Shown here: one piece after another, positions 35,751 to 49,974 of the stretch
Position numbering within the stretch: position 1 is the first letter of the stretch
How the letters are laid out: every line of letters begins with the position of its first letter
DNA from: Camelus ferus
Taxonomy: Eukaryota
Direction: 5' to 3'
NCBI RefSeq assembly: GCF_009834535.1
Contig: NC_045698.1
Location: forward strand, 10,170,001 to 10,234,000
DNA length: 64,000 bases
The notes under the pieces: model-generated
What the model saw: only the letters and a program-made list of their open reading frames with translations
The model's database searches: none
Told to the model about the DNA's origin: nothing
Program-made: the position numbers and the translations under genes

Positions 35751-38117
35751 TGCCTCGTGCTCCGTGGAGAGGAAGATACAGAAACATATATAACTGTGAA
35801 ATTCACAATGGAAGTAGGAATTTCAGTTCAACAAACATCAGAGGATGGATGGAGAACTGTATGGGGTCTAAAGAGAGAGCATCTCTCTGTCTGCATTGCC
35901 CCCTCCCCTCCCTAGGAAAGGCTTCATGAAGTTTTGACTCCAGACTTAATAGAAGGATGGCAAGGCGGAGACAGTGATAAGAGCAGAAGGAATAGTTTCC
36001 CGATTTTGAAGTAAATTCACATATAGTTTATAAATTTTTTGAGACTACCCCAGCTGTCCATCTAGAATGTCCCCTAGGTTTTCCTGTCTCTCTAGCTGTT
36101 CCTTCCTAAACTCTTTGCCAGGCTTTCCTTCCTTTGAAACATAAATTTTGCTGTTTTTCAGAATTTTGTCCTTAGTCTGTGAGTAATCAGTTTTCAGATA
36201 GTAATAATAAAAGTTAATAGGAATCATACAGGTTTCTGGAATAAGGCTTTAGAAACTAAATGCAGCATGAAGTTTATTTGCTTTTATGAATGTGATGTGG
36301 TTATGTTGATTTATTCTAGCAAAGAAGTGATTTCTGAAAACGGGGTTAGCTTTTATCTACTAAATGCAGTTCAGTAGGGAGATAGTTTCAAATCAGGAGC
36401 TTCACAGTGGGGATAAACGAAGACAGAAGGGTTCTTGGTGGCTGGAAGATTAGGAACTGATGTATTTATGTATGTGAAAATCATTGTAAAAGTTTAGCTA
36501 AGCTGTCATCCTGAGACTGTCCCCCTCCCCTTTTTTACATAACAGCAGATTTTCATTCCCCTCACTCTTCCCTTGCTGTGAACAGTTGCATTTAAGCATT
36601 ATCAGCATTAAAAACATATTTGGGAGGAAATCCAAGCCAAGCATCTGTTAAGCAGCCAGACATTCTCCAAAAACCCTTTCAGCTGTAAGCAGTGGGTGTG
36701 TGCGCCTTGTCCCCTTCCACACACGCGGAGACTGGCTGCCTGCGTTCTTTGGGGAGGGGTGGGTAGGAGAGGAGGTGGTTCCTCCGCAGACTTTTAGACA
36801 AGGGGGAAGGGCATGGGGAGGGGAGAGACTACCTGTGTTTCACCAAAGGCATCAAGTTCTATGTGGTAGAAAACAAGACCCCAGTTATCAACATCTGATA
36901 AAATTCTGTAAGTCTAGTAATTGGTTTGAATTTGAGAGGATATTAAACTTGGATTTTTCTCCCCACTTTCTTTCTTTCATTTTTTCCCCCTCTTAGTACA
37001 GCCTCGATGGCATTTCTTCATTAAAGCTGTTGGCAAAACCCATTTTAGATACAATATGATGTAAGTTTGAAGTTTATATTATTTTCTCATGAACTGTGAA
37101 ACAGAAGTTTGTAAGAGTTGTTCTTGGGTTCCTAGAGTGTGACTGGTTAAGTACTGGTGATAGTTTTTTAGGGAAATAGTGATGCATTTCAGTACATTGA
37201 AAGGAGCAAAAATGTTATTTTAATTCTCTTTTTTTGTTATTTATCAGTGTTAAATTGAGGCTTTTTTTTTTTTTCTTTCCCTACTGAGCTTATTTTTGGT
37301 GAAGACCACTAAAGCAGTTTGAGGGCCTTGTTCAAAGAGGAGTCTTTTCCAAAGACCTTTCTTTCATATTAACTTACAACAGGCTTTGTTTTGGGCCTGT
37401 CTCATCTATATTTGAATTCACAGTTAATGTGTAATTATCTCTTGAGCATCATAAATTTCCTTATAATAAGAGAATTAAATGATACTGATTTAGGGAAACC
37501 AAATAGAAATTATGGAGTAGGCAGAAGATTTTGTGATCTTTTACTAATCTTTGGTACGATCATAAAATCTGTCCGTAGTAAAACCAGCACTGTTTTAGGA
37601 TGGCCTTTAGCGGGTACCATGGGAGCAGGCTGGAGGGAGTGGAGAGAGTCAGCTGTTACTCCGGACTTTAGACTGTGTGTTTTAAAAAAGTTTTTAGAAC
37701 CTTTTATTTATTTGAAACTTGAGTTATGTATAGACTGATTTTTATAATGTTGGACTTAGAGAACTTTCAGATTCTAAAACTGATTTTTTTTAGCATTATT
37801 TGCATTTGTATTTCATCACTTTAAATAGCACAATTTGAAGAAGACAAAGCAGTAACAACTAAAACGTGAATTTGATCATTTTAGGTTCTTGTTTCTTCTC
37901 TGGGCTCAGACACACTGTAATTGTCTTTGCTTCTGCTTTAACACATTAGGTAGGATGTGCTAGTTGTATTAGTAGTGGAGTCTCTTGATGCCACATGAAG
38001 GACAAATTATATTCCATGAAAGCTTGGAATCTTTTTGTAACAGTGCAATAAATTTGAGTGCTTTAATTTTTACTAAAATTGAAATAAATTATATTACTCT
38101 GACAGCATTCTTAATAA

Positions 38118-38368
38118 AATAATAATGACAACCACTAACCTCAGTCACTTACGGTACTTAGCAAATGCCAGGCACTGGTCTGCACTCTTAACTTGTATTA
38201 ACTCTAACCCACAGTGCTGTGCCACAGGATGGACATACTGTTTCACAGATGTGGAAACTGAGGTACAGAGAAGTTAGGTGACTTATTCAAGGCCACACAG
38301 CTCTTGTGTGGCAAAGCCAGGCTTGGAATCCAAGTGGTATGGTCTTACTTCTGTGTTCTTAACCACGT
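38118..38368 (-). mobile_element. Near full-length MIR SINE
   Basis: 'aatgccaggcactggtct ... tttcacagatgtggaaactgaggtacagagaagttaggtgacttattcaaggccacacagct ... gttcttaaccac'. Confidence 0.85.
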
Positions 38369-41300
38369 GCAGCTGTTCTGCTTGATGTTTTCAGCTGACT
38401 GATGAAAAGTTCTTTCCTCCGCTACATTAATATGACCTTACAATATGAATATACATATCTATGTATGCAACAGAGATACACTAAATCATTACCTTTTCTC
38501 AACCCGTGTATCTTACATAGAATATGTCCTTAGCAGAGAACACATAGAAGACCGATCCTATGGAAATCTGAAGTCTGGTCAATTTTTATGATTAAAAATA
38601 TGATGACCATTGGTAAGATTTTTTCTTTGGGGAATCCTCACAAGAAGAAAATAAAGTGTTGTCTGCCAGTCATGGAGGACCGTCTGCTTCTATCTCCATA
38701 CTCTCTAACAAGTGAATATTAGGAGGAATGCATAGTAATGTGGGGCCTTTTAATCCCCTCTTTGATTGTTCAGGCAGCCAACCCTTAATTTCCCACGTTG
38801 TTGGAGAATTAACTAGAAACGGGAGATACAGTCCCCACCTCTGTGGACTCCCTCTCTACTTGGAAAGGTGAATTGTAGGGGGACCATGAATCACACACCT
38901 GGTCAGTAAGTTCCAGCTGAGGAGACTTTCAGGACAGAGCGCACAGCGATGAGAGTCCCCAGGTGTGGGATGGACACTGTCTTCCCTCCCCTAGTGCCAG
39001 AGCCAGCTCGGCAGGTGTGCAGCGGAGACTTCCGGGCCTTCTCACCCCTCCCTTGCGGCTCCTTTCTGGCTTCTCTCTTTTCCGGTAGTGTTTTGGGTGT
39101 TTGCACATCTGTCCCCGCCTCTGACATCACCCTCCCTTTCCTCTCCATCCACATTTACCTTCTTTCCTCCACCTTCAGTCCATACCATAGAAAGAATTTT
39201 TTTTAAGTTTGATTTTGATTCAAGGCCCTATTCCTTAATGCTAGTAAACTTTTCCCACACCCTCCTTAAGTTACTCTTAGCTTCCAGAGTCCTTGGTTGG
39301 TTTTTCTTTGTTCGTAGTCCTTGATTTTAAAAAGTTTTCACATACCTACGCCACTTTTATTATGAGGGTCTTTTGATTGAGAAAATGATTTTTTGGAAGA
39401 TATTGCACTTCACATAGAGATGATAATGAAAAAACAGTGTCTTAGAATGAACAGAGTATCTAGGTTTGAAAAAAATTATTCAGCAGGAGGCTGTAAGCCA
39501 AGCTAGTTTTTCCTCCCCAGCATTTGCTTTTCTCATACATTTGTAAGGAAAACATATGCCGTGAAAATAATTAGGTGCATTAAAAGGCCTTATTGACTTT
39601 TGTGTACTTGGCAGGTTTTTTTCCCCTTAATTGTGTGCATTTTTCACTAGTTTTTGTTTTGTATGATTAGTTTTTGGTATAGGCATGCCAGTAGCCTAGA
39701 GCCTCCTCATTCATCAAATAAAGGATAAAAAAAAATAGCAAAGGCCTTGTTTGAGCTTTCCACCTGCTGTTCCACAGACTAGCTGGTACGCCGGCACCGC
39801 CGCCGTGTGCAGCAGGGCCGGGCGGCGGAGGGCTCCTGGTGAGGGGAAGTGACTCAGATCCTGCCCGGGGCCTGGCTGGCTGCACTGCTCGGTCACTGCC
39901 CGACGGAGGGGAGCTCATTTACCATTTCATGCTTTGGGCCCATTAGTTAAAATAAGGAAAATAAAACATCAAGGAAAAAGTTTTGAGGTCTTTGAATAGA
40001 ACACTTTAACCCAGGACTTGATGTTTCTTTCATGTAGGTAGATCCTAATACACTAAAAAATATAACCTATTTTTCAAAAAAGACGATTATTTTGCATTTG
40101 AAGTTGCCAGCTTCGGGAGTGCATTCTGAGGTTGTGATTTTTAATTTAAGCATTCGGTATAGAAGTGCATAGGATTTCAGGTCTGTGGTTCAGCTGTGTC
40201 TGCGTCCTTCTTCTAAGGCTCTCAGAGATGTAGGTAGCATTTTCACAGTACATGTAGAATACTTACAAGCAACTTATGGCCAACTTTTCTGAATTGGTTA
40301 TTTACTTTCTAGAATGAGTTTTCCTATAGGATTGATACTGGTGGCTCGGCTCTCAGGCCAGCCCCTACAAATCAACCTAACCTGTAATATCATTGAACTA
40401 TTGTATTAAGAATATTAGAGAAAATAAACAGTGATCATTAATACAGATTTGAAGCTCTGATGGGCCAGTGGGACCAACCGTGTTTGCCCCTCACTGAAGC
40501 CCACTTGGCAAGAAGCAGGACCCTGGTCAGTGGCCAGGAATTCCGTGCTCCACTCCTTGTCATCAGCTTCAGAAGTAGCAGTCCTCGTGCATTCTGGTGG
40601 GTCCATCAGGAATGGGCCCCGCTCTGGTAGGGACATCGCAGTCACCAAAGCTGGAGTGCAGGGTGAATGCCGTTTGGGGCTTGCATGAGAGTCAGCTGGA
40701 AGCTGAGTATTTAAACGCTAAGTGTACAAAATTCCCTGCAGCAGACACTGAAATATTACTGACATAAAGTTTGAAAAAGCTAGTGAATCTTTTGGGTCAG
40801 TGACAAGGTAGCATTTGTTGTGATAGAGTGTCTCTAACATTACTCCTGTGTGACTGTTTCACCATTCTTAGCTTGTAACAGCCACTCGCCATCCTGTGGT
40901 AGATCCACTTGTCCATGGTATTGAATTTGGTTTTTGTGAAAGCTTATTTGCATCTGTTGAAAATGCTGGCATAATTTCTACATTGGACAACCCCAGAAAC
41001 CTGAGCCCTTCTTTCACTGACGCTTCTTATTTCAGCTAGAACATTCTTTCTGAATGTGTGTGCTAGGATCAGGGTGTGTGCACAGTTTTCAAATGGTGCA
41101 GTCTTTTTCTGCAACAACGAAGCTTCTGATTCGGGGAGTGCCTCCAGTTCCTCCACCTCCTCCTTTACTTTTGAATTAAGAAGAGAAGGGCTTAGATTTC
41201 TTTCTTTTTTTTTTTTTTTAAGGCAGCTGCTAACAAAAATCATGTTTTCTTAAGAGCTGTGCTTGTCACCATGTAGTGATGGTGTATGTCGGCCCAAGCT

Positions 41301-42285
41301 GGGGACAGTTCTGCTGGGATGAATGGGCGATGCTGAGGCATGGAAGAGCTTCCCTATGTCCATCAGTAGCCTTTGCAGCAGACCGTTCCTGTCCCCACAG
41401 TGGTTTGTAAGGCTGTCTCTGCCTGTGCACACAGAGGCTATTGAGAAGAGCAAGTGGGTAAAGGGTGTGAGGGGGGTTGCCTTGTGCTCCAGGATTTGGG
41501 TAGTTGCTAGCCTGTTGACACCACTGCCACCCAGGGGTTCAACCTCTGAAAGCCCGATTTGCCAAATGATTCCCATTCTAGTTAAATGATGCAGGCTCTG
41601 GAATCAGCTCTTTTGAGTGTTGAGTATACTTGGCATCTGCTTCTAAATAGGAAAAGATTGAAGCTACCTAAGCACAGAGTGTATGTTAAGTACTGCCTGA
41701 TTGTTCTGGAATGTAACTCTTAGGTAATAATATAATGAGAGAAACACTCATCATCCAGCCCCTTGATTTATTTAAACCCCTTGTAAATTTTACTTGCCCT
41801 CTCACCTTAAACCATTTATTTTATCTGATAAGGAGTTATAAACACTGTTTTATTGTATCCTTTGACTCAATTTAATTCACAAGGTGAAAGTTCAAAGTAA
41901 ACAGAATGCCTTTTTAAGTAGAAAAATAAAATGTAACTTAAGTTCAGGATCAACATTACTAAAGTTTCGGTATCTCCTTTCTCTTAAATTTAAAACTTGA
42001 TTTATTAGACATTAAAGTAGGTGGGAATTCTCAGGTTTAATAACACCCAGGGCTGAGGAGTACCATGCTCGTGGAACTTAATATCTTTGTCAGTGTTTTA
42101 AAACAGCAAGTCCATCCATAAAGTCTCATCTCCACTTTCCTGAGCTGTTGGGATGTGGGAAGGATAAAAGGGGGATGGGGCCAGCTTTGTTCCACCTGTA
42201 TCCACCTCCTGGTAGCTTCACAGGTAGGCCCAAAGCTGTCAGTTCTCTGCAGGGTATTAGAACCGAGGTGCTCTAGGTATTAAGG

Positions 42286-42315
42286 GCCCAGCCCAGCCCA
42301 GCCCAGCCCAGCCCA
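42286..42315 (+). repeat. (GCCCA)6 pentanucleotide repeat
   Basis: Six perfect GCCCA units. Confidence 0.95.
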
Positions 42316-44164
42316 ATCCAAAAATGTCACTTTTTCTTCCAACTCCAAACCCACATCTTCCCTGGTTCAGCCATTTCTACAGAGCAAGCATATTGTTTAT
42401 TCTTCAGCTCTCCTCTCTCCAGTCCCACCTCCACTCACCCTGCTCACTCCCCTCTGCATGGGGCTGGGGACCTGGGACAGGGAGGTGGTGGGTACGTGGG
42501 CAGGAAGGGTAACATCTCTTGGCTGTTAATACTGCCATTATTTTATTCTCCCTGATCCCGTCTCTGCAGCTGTCTGTTGGTTCTTCAGAGACATCCCCTC
42601 CCCCCACCTCCCAGAATGTTCCTAAATTCTGGTGAGGCACATTCCAGGTGGCCTTTTACAGCTCCCCTCCAGAGTCTCCCCTGGAGGTGCACCCTGCTCC
42701 CTACTGCCCCTGCCCCACTAGCCTGGCCCGGCTGCTCTCAGGACCTCTCCATGGTCCCTCTGCCCTCACCAGCAGGATGTGCGTCTGCCCAGACTGGAAG
42801 GTGTGGGCTGCAGAGTTTGCTGCCCTCTCTCCTCCCACCACCTCAGCCTGCTGGGCAGGGGCTGGCGCCAGGAAACCCCGCAGAGATGCGCCTGGGGCCT
42901 GGCGTTGGAATGCCTGGGCACTTCCCCCATCTGCCCTGGCTTCAGGCCTGAGCCAGGTTCAGGGTAATGGGGATGTCCTGGTACTGTCACATTTGGGGAT
43001 CTGGACTTTGATGCCGTAATCCCTTGTTTTGAGGAATGGGTGAAAACCGCAGAATTATAGGGAAGATCGGTCTGAGTTACGGAAAAATTTAATGTGTAAT
43101 TCATTTACAGTTGCAGTTGATACACAGCTTTACATGAACAGTTTTGTTAATTCTTGTATTCTGTTACAGTAAAAAATAAGTCTTAAGAAATTCATTCTTA
43201 TAATTTAACTCAGAAATTGAAATTACATTGTAGAAATTCTTAATCACTTGAAACTTGTTTTGGAAAATGCACTGAATTTTGTGGTCGTTTTCTTACAGGA
43301 CGCACATGCACACATACACATACACCATTTAGATTTGTAATGTAAATTTCCATTGTGTACATTAAAATGTACCTTGACTTTGTCTCATGACTTTACAGTC
43401 TGTATTGAGAGAGCACACCATTTGGACAGCAAAGTTCACAAGTTAGAATCTGTGGACTTAGATATCTCAATAAAAAAGACGAGCTATTTGCTGGCCTTTA
43501 GCTCTGCTTGGTTTTAGCTTTTGAGTATAGGAAATTTAGATGCATCTTACACTTCATGATATATTAGGAAATCATGGGGTTAGAAATTGGTAATACACCA
43601 AGTTAAAATGATAAAAGGAGCTGTTGAAGGAATCATGCTCTTATGTTATAACTTATGTTATTGCCTTCCCACTTTTTTTTTAATTAGAAAGAGATAGAAT
43701 GTCCAATCTTAGGCTTTAGGTAACTGAAATTCTGTGTCATTCCCTTTTATTAAAACAGCTGCTGTTGAACTGTGTTGAATTCATTTGCATACTATTGACT
43801 GCCGCTTCAAAATGACATTGAGTAGCTTAGGAAAGTAAAATACATTGATTTGAACTGTTCATTACTTTGATGGTTAATTTTATATTAATGAATAGATTGA
43901 AAATACATGGAAATGTTGCAGCCTGGGCCCCAGGCAGTGTCTTTGCTCCCGATGCTATGCTGTAGGGGAGGAGCCCCGGGTCCTGCCTGAGCAGAGGGCA
44001 GCTCATGCCTGTGCCTCTGCCCCCCTCCCCCAGGGTGGGCCCCCCATTAGTACTGCCCAGCATGGGCATCTGCCTGTCCTGTACAGACAAGAGGATGGCT
44101 CCTTCATGGTCAGGAACTGGTCTTTTCAGATGCGCATCATCAGAGCTGACACTGTCTTCACACT

Positions 44165-44345
44165 GTGGGTGCTCAGTGCTGTGCTCACTTGTCCTTAATC
44201 CTGAGAGCAAGTCTACACCTAAGACATTCTTGTCCCCATTTGATAGATGAAAACCCTGGTGCTCTAAGAGTTTATTAACTCGCACATGATACTTCTGGGG
44301 TTTGATTCCAAGCCTGACTGACTGCCCAAAGGCAATGATCTCTCC
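44165..44345 (-). mobile_element. MIR SINE fragment
   Basis: 'gtccccatttgatagatgaaaaccctggtgctctaagagtttattaactcgc ... gggtttgattccaagcctgactgactgcccaaaggc'. Confidence 0.5.
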
Positions 44346-47300
44346 TATTATTCTGAGCCCCCTGAAAAAAAGATCTGCCAAGCCCCTGGCACAGACACTA
44401 CACTCAACACAGGTGAGCGAGACGTGGTTCTACCCTGAGCGCTCACAGGTCAGGAATAGTCAGGGAGTCCTGGACCTGCTAACCTCGAGGTCCACAGAGG
44501 GCAGGCTGGCTGCGGGTAGTTGACCTATATGTTGTTTCATAGAGGCAGCCACGTGGCTTCTCCATTGAAGTGGTGGAAATGTACGAGGGAGCCTTGTTGG
44601 TAAGGCAGGTTGGAATTGGAGAGGTTGAAAATTTGATTTCTGAGCACTAGAGCCATCCTAGGTGCTGGGTGAGAGGTGTTACCCTTTTGCAGCTGCCCAT
44701 CACTCCAGGCTAAGGCTGATTTGCAAAGGGAGGTGTGAGACGGGCAACCTTCTCATGACTTTGGCTTGAAAAACAGCTGCACTTGCAGGACGTTGGAGGA
44801 GGGAATTACCGATGGAGAGTGTGTCCTATGGCTCAGGCTTCATTTGTCCTGTTGTGCGAGTTTAATTGCATGTGTTGAGTTCAAGCAGGTCGACAGACCC
44901 CTCGGCACAAATACTTTGTCTCCAGGGCTGGGGAGTGAGCTTTAGTCAAGGCAGCCATAAAGGGCAGGCTTGTTTGCTCACGGTGCACGTTTGGTGAGCA
45001 GAGTGCTCGGTAATAACGTCATTCTCAGCCGACTCCTGGCCTGCTTGTTTAATAGAATCATCTTAAAATGTGCAGAGCAGCGCTGAACCCGTGATGACCT
45101 GCCTGGGGGCTGGTTGGAGGACGTGCCCGGGCTCGGCTCTATGACACCCGGTGCAGCTCCATCCTCCAGTGGACTGAACGTGGAGACCATGTGTACATCA
45201 GTCAGTACGCCACCTGCCCGGGATAGAGCGCTGAGGCAGGTCTGGAATAAGAACAGATGTTCTGCCGATTTCTTACCTAGTTCATGAAAACACCTTATTT
45301 TCCTTCCCTTTCCAGTTTTAGGAATTACCCTGTTAAGAACAATTGTGCTCGAGAAGGCACAGGGAAATGATGAATATGAATTTGTTGGCGAATGTAAGCT
45401 GCTCGATTTTATCATCTTGGGGGCATGTTTTATTTTTGACACAAAGAAAAGAGAAGGGGATTTTCACCAACAGAAGCTGCCGCCTCTCACACAGCTCTGT
45501 GCACTGCTTAAACTAGCGAGCAGTTGCTTCTCCCGCAGCCCGGCTCTGCACAAAGGGGATGATGTAATCTTTTCACTGCCGGCCACGTGGCCCGCATGCC
45601 GTAGTCACTGTCTTCACGCGGACACCTCTGCGCTCGCTGCCTGGAACGACTGTGCATTTGGAATCGAATTGCATTCCTTCTCCTTGCCCAGGCTGGCCTT
45701 CTTCACCTGTGTATCCACATGTGTGCCTTCGTGCTCCTGGGTAGTGTGGGTGGCTTTTCTTGCAGAAAAATGACCAGAGTAGCATGTTGTAGAGAGCCGT
45801 GTGGGTTGTGTGTGCACATTTAAAATTGCGGGAGAGGACACTGTTGCCACTAGCAACCACTTGCCTGTTTATTAGAGGGGTGAAATACCCATGGCTCAGG
45901 CTCCCCCTTCAAGCTTTCTGGTGAGTGCTGACCGCGGCTCACCTGTGCCTGGGTGCCCTGGTGGGGTGAGCAGACAGACCGCGCTGCGTGCAGCTGCATG
46001 AACATGGAAGCGCATCCTTTCCAACTGAATGACTCCTACCACGCGTGCTGCCTTTGGTTGTCCTTCCTCCGTGGTTGTCACTCCATCCTGTTGATTTAGG
46101 GCAGTGACCGCTGCCATGGACTGCACCCTTGTTTGTTCAGCTTTGGGTTAAATGCTTTTCCTGCATTTACTCGTTAGGTTCTGCCAGTAGCTTCTGAAAC
46201 ACACGGATTACAGAGGTGGAAACTGCAGCTGGGGAAGAGGGGGTGCTTTGCTGCCCAGAAGACAGAGACAGGCTGGGGAGCACCTTGCATTTCATCCCTG
46301 GTTCTTTCTTTCTCTGAAGGAAAGATTAGGTTGGGAGCATTCTTTCTCCTCACACCACCCTGGTGATTCTCTGGCCAGTTTTTAAGAGTCCCTGGGTCTG
46401 TGAGCCCTTGGCCACTGGGCTTTCATGACACCAAGACAGCTCTGCTCCCCTGGACCTGGCTTTGTGGGTGATGTGATTTTGGTGGTTAGGTACTATGGCC
46501 TGAAATAGGGAATTACAAGATTTCCTTGATCTGGGGGCCCCATGCCTCTAGGGACCTCACTGTTACACTGTATCAGCACTATTTTAAATCAGCATTTATA
46601 GGCTGCATATAAGGTAACAGAGCGTCTTAATCCCAGATTCTAAAACTGTCTTATTGAGAGAACTTGGAGCCTGAGTAGATGGGAGATGTAGAGGAGAGCT
46701 TACCTGCCTGCCTGTCACACACACGTCCCCTCGCATGGCCACCGTGCTCCCTGCCACAGGCTGGGACAGCCCGTCAGAAAGGCCTGGCTCTCTTCCTCTG
46801 GTGCAGGCTCAGGACAGGGGAGCAGAGAGCCGGGCTGTTATGTCTTTATATTTATTGACCTCATGTTTACAGAGCACCATTGCCGGGCAGGTTTTGGTGC
46901 TTTATGTGTGTCATGTCATTGAATCCTCACCGTGTCCCCAGGAGGTGGAGACTGTCCTTGCAGGGGACGGCTGGGGCCTGGAATCCATCTGCAGAGGGAA
47001 GCAGAGGTGGAGGTAGCCGAGTTAATGGACAAAGCAGGTGCCGACAGAAGGCCTGGGATCAGGGAGAGATTATTCGAGAAAAAGCTGTGTCTGTTTCAGT
47101 AAAATCAGAAGGGAGGAATGTTTGCAGTAGAGGCATTTGGAGGTGGAAGGAAAGAAAAGCGAGCTTGTATCTTACCAGCTTGCTTTTCTTGATGAAATAA
47201 GAGGTGGCTGCCAGTGAAGGGGTGAGCCGAGGTCGAGGACTTGAAGGGGAGGGGTCGGGGGAGCAGCTGCGGTGGTTCATGTGGCCTGGTGGCCGGCAGC

Positions 47301-48767
47301 CCCTCACCACTGTCCATTCACCTGGGGTGTGGTTTTGCTTATGGGGGTGACCAACCTGGGAGATGACAGTCAAGTCTAATCAGCATGTGATTCTGAAGGA
47401 GCCAACCTTTCAAGGATGTTCTTCCCAAGCAGTTACGTCTTTAGCCTTAACCAGATCCTGCAACATAAGACATTGAAGTAAAAATAACCAGTTTGGCTTT
47501 GTTTGTGCTTGTTTACAACAGGAAAAGGCCACTTGCTTACTGATTTCTCAGTTACGGTAACTTGGTGTCTTGTTCAAGATTTCATCTCATTAAAAATTAG
47601 GTGTCTTCTGTGCGAGGCTCTTTGGAGACGTTTCCTGTGTGTCAGGGCCAGCTCTCCCATCCTGTCTGCTCCGATGGCTCTTTGTTCACGATCATTTTAC
47701 AGCCAGTCCTTTTTCACCATCTCCCCGCCTGCCTGACCCGGAGCCTGGCCTTCTCTCCGCTCTGCCCGCCCTCAGGCCCACCTCCCCTCCTTGACGGGGA
47801 CATATGTGTTGTTTTGCGCCTGCTGAGAGCCAGGCATGTCACTGTCCTCCCACAGGACGCCAGAGTGGCAGGCGTGCTCTGCGGGGCTGACCTCGGCTCC
47901 TCAGGTGGCCTCGCCTGCATCACTGAGGGACTCAACGTGTGTTCCTGTTGTGGGGCCTGTTCCAAGGGGCACCCTCTGCTCTCATCTCCTGTAGAAGGGA
48001 CAAAAGATGACAGAAGAGCCCAGGAAACAATAAAGCCATCCTTGAAAGTTCCTTTAAAACTGACCTTTCCAGATCTGACGTTCTCCCATTTGACTGGCCT
48101 GCCTGTGTATGAACCCAGTATAGGAAGTTCTTATATTATTTATTTGTAAACCAGAAGGCCTGGTTCCTGCAGTTCTGTCAGGTGAGCAGTGGGACAAGGT
48201 TCTGCCTCCTGGGCAGGTGTGCATCCTTCTGGCTTCTGCCAAGTCCATGGGGAGATGCCGTGGAGTGAGGCCGGCCCCTGGGCAGACTCCTCGCAAGACT
48301 GGCCTTCACATTTGGGGCTCCCAGACTCAGTGTTCGGCCGTACATGCAGCCACTGTCTAGGGAGCCTGGCCCCGAAACCATGAGTGGCAGTTTATTTGCT
48401 GAAGGAAACACCCTCTACAGCAGCATGATTCTTACTTACTGATGCAGATTACCCTGTCACATCGCTGTCTGTCCAGTGGGAGTTAAGAGGAACTTTGCTG
48501 AAGAAAAGTAAGTGCTGATTCCAGGGAGGCCAGGAGCTCTGCGTTTGCCAAAGGGTGTGTGTGCACTGGAATCTCCCGAGTGTGGGAAGGAAATATCAAA
48601 AGCTTTTAAAAGATGCTTATTTATAGCTTATTATTTTCAAATATCTATTTGGGGATGTGTAATAGACCGGTACAATAATATATTTATAACTTACAATTGG
48701 AGGCATGTAGGAAAATTCTTTGGTGATGGAATTCTTGAGCAAAAGCCCTGGAAGAACACTGCTTTAG

Positions 48768-49310
48768 TAACAGTTCTCAAAGTGTGGTTCCAGGATCCCA
48801 TGGGCTCTCTGAGAACTTTGCAGGGAATCTATGAGTTAAAGCTGTTTTCACAATAGGCAAATACAGCCTGAGTTTTTTCTCACTCTGATTCTTTCCTGAG
48901 TGTCTCGTGATGTTTCCCGGTGGCTGCGTGGCATGCAGCTTGCAGCAGGTGAAAGGTGGAAGCAGGTTTGAGAATCCAGGTGTGTCCTACGAGGCCAGAT
49001 GTTAAAGCCCGTCTCCAACGTGCAAAATGATGCCAGCCCTTTTCTGATCTTCTTTGTAAATACAGATATTCTTAATAGAAAGTCTTACTTATTTTAACAT
49101 CTAATAGATTTATTATTATTACTTTTAAATAAATTAATTTTTAGCACTTTCTCAGGCTTAGTGTTTAGCAGAAGTATCCTTGTTAGGAATCTAGACACTA
49201 TGTGGATAGACTGGATGACTGCAAGAGCCCACAAAATCCAAGGCTCTTTGGGTTCCTCAGTGACTTTTAAGTGTGTAGAGGTCTTGAGAGCAAACCTTTG
49301 AGAACTGCTC
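48768..49310. mobile_element. Charlie1b-like hAT non-autonomous element
   Basis: Starts 'cagttctcaaagtgtggttccaggatcccatgggctctctgagaactttgcaggg', has internal 'gaagcaggtttgagaatccaggtgtgtcctacgaggccagatgttaaag', and ends 'gctctttgggttcctcagtgacttttaagtgtgtagaggtcttgagagcaaacctttgagaactgct'. Confidence 0.8.
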
Positions 49311-49974
49311 ACTGTGTTAGGAGTCTGGTAGGTTTCTCTGGGTTGTGCAGTCCAGCAAGATGCCCACAAGAGGAGCCTGGGGAAGGAGGACCCTGCTGGT
49401 GGGGGGACAGGAAGGCGAGGGCCCCTTTGTGCCTCTGCCTTGGCCCCCCTCCCCATTTCTGCTCCAGCCCACACCAGTAGCACAGATGGATTATTATATG
49501 GGGATCCCTGACACCCTAAGACCAACCTACAGCATTATTTCTGTGTGGAAAATCCATTCCTAAAATCCAGTAACGGTGGACTAGCTGGCCAAGTTTTGGA
49601 ACACAGGCCGTTTGGTGGTTAGAGACGGAGTTTCTGTGCAGGTCTCCACGGCAGTTCCTTTTTGGCAGTTACTCTCAAGGAGTCTTAAATAGGAGGAACT
49701 GTTCGGGGAATTCAGTTGAGATAGAAATAGAAAGGGAAACATCTGGGGTATCCTGTTCTTTCAGTCTCAAACTCTCAGGACAAAATGTGAACATCTAGTT
49801 TACTGTTCTATTAGCCCAGAGAGCATAGGACCTAAAATTAATTTCAAACTAATCTCTTGTCCAATAATGTGCTTGTTTTCATTTCCTTGTTCAAGTCATT
49901 TTGGTAAAAGGTACCAAATGGTTGCATCTTTAGACAAATACCCAGGCTCATCTGACAGACAAGCTTTAGAGAGG

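Noticed and set aside
40944..41243. Protein-looking stretch KVKEEVEELEALPESEASLLQKK
   Set aside because: It is explained by a CT-rich + strand. I found no convincing splice sites and no known homologue.
43827..44381. 184-aa minus-strand ORF
   Set aside because: It overlaps a MIR fragment and shows no protein-family similarity I can recognise.
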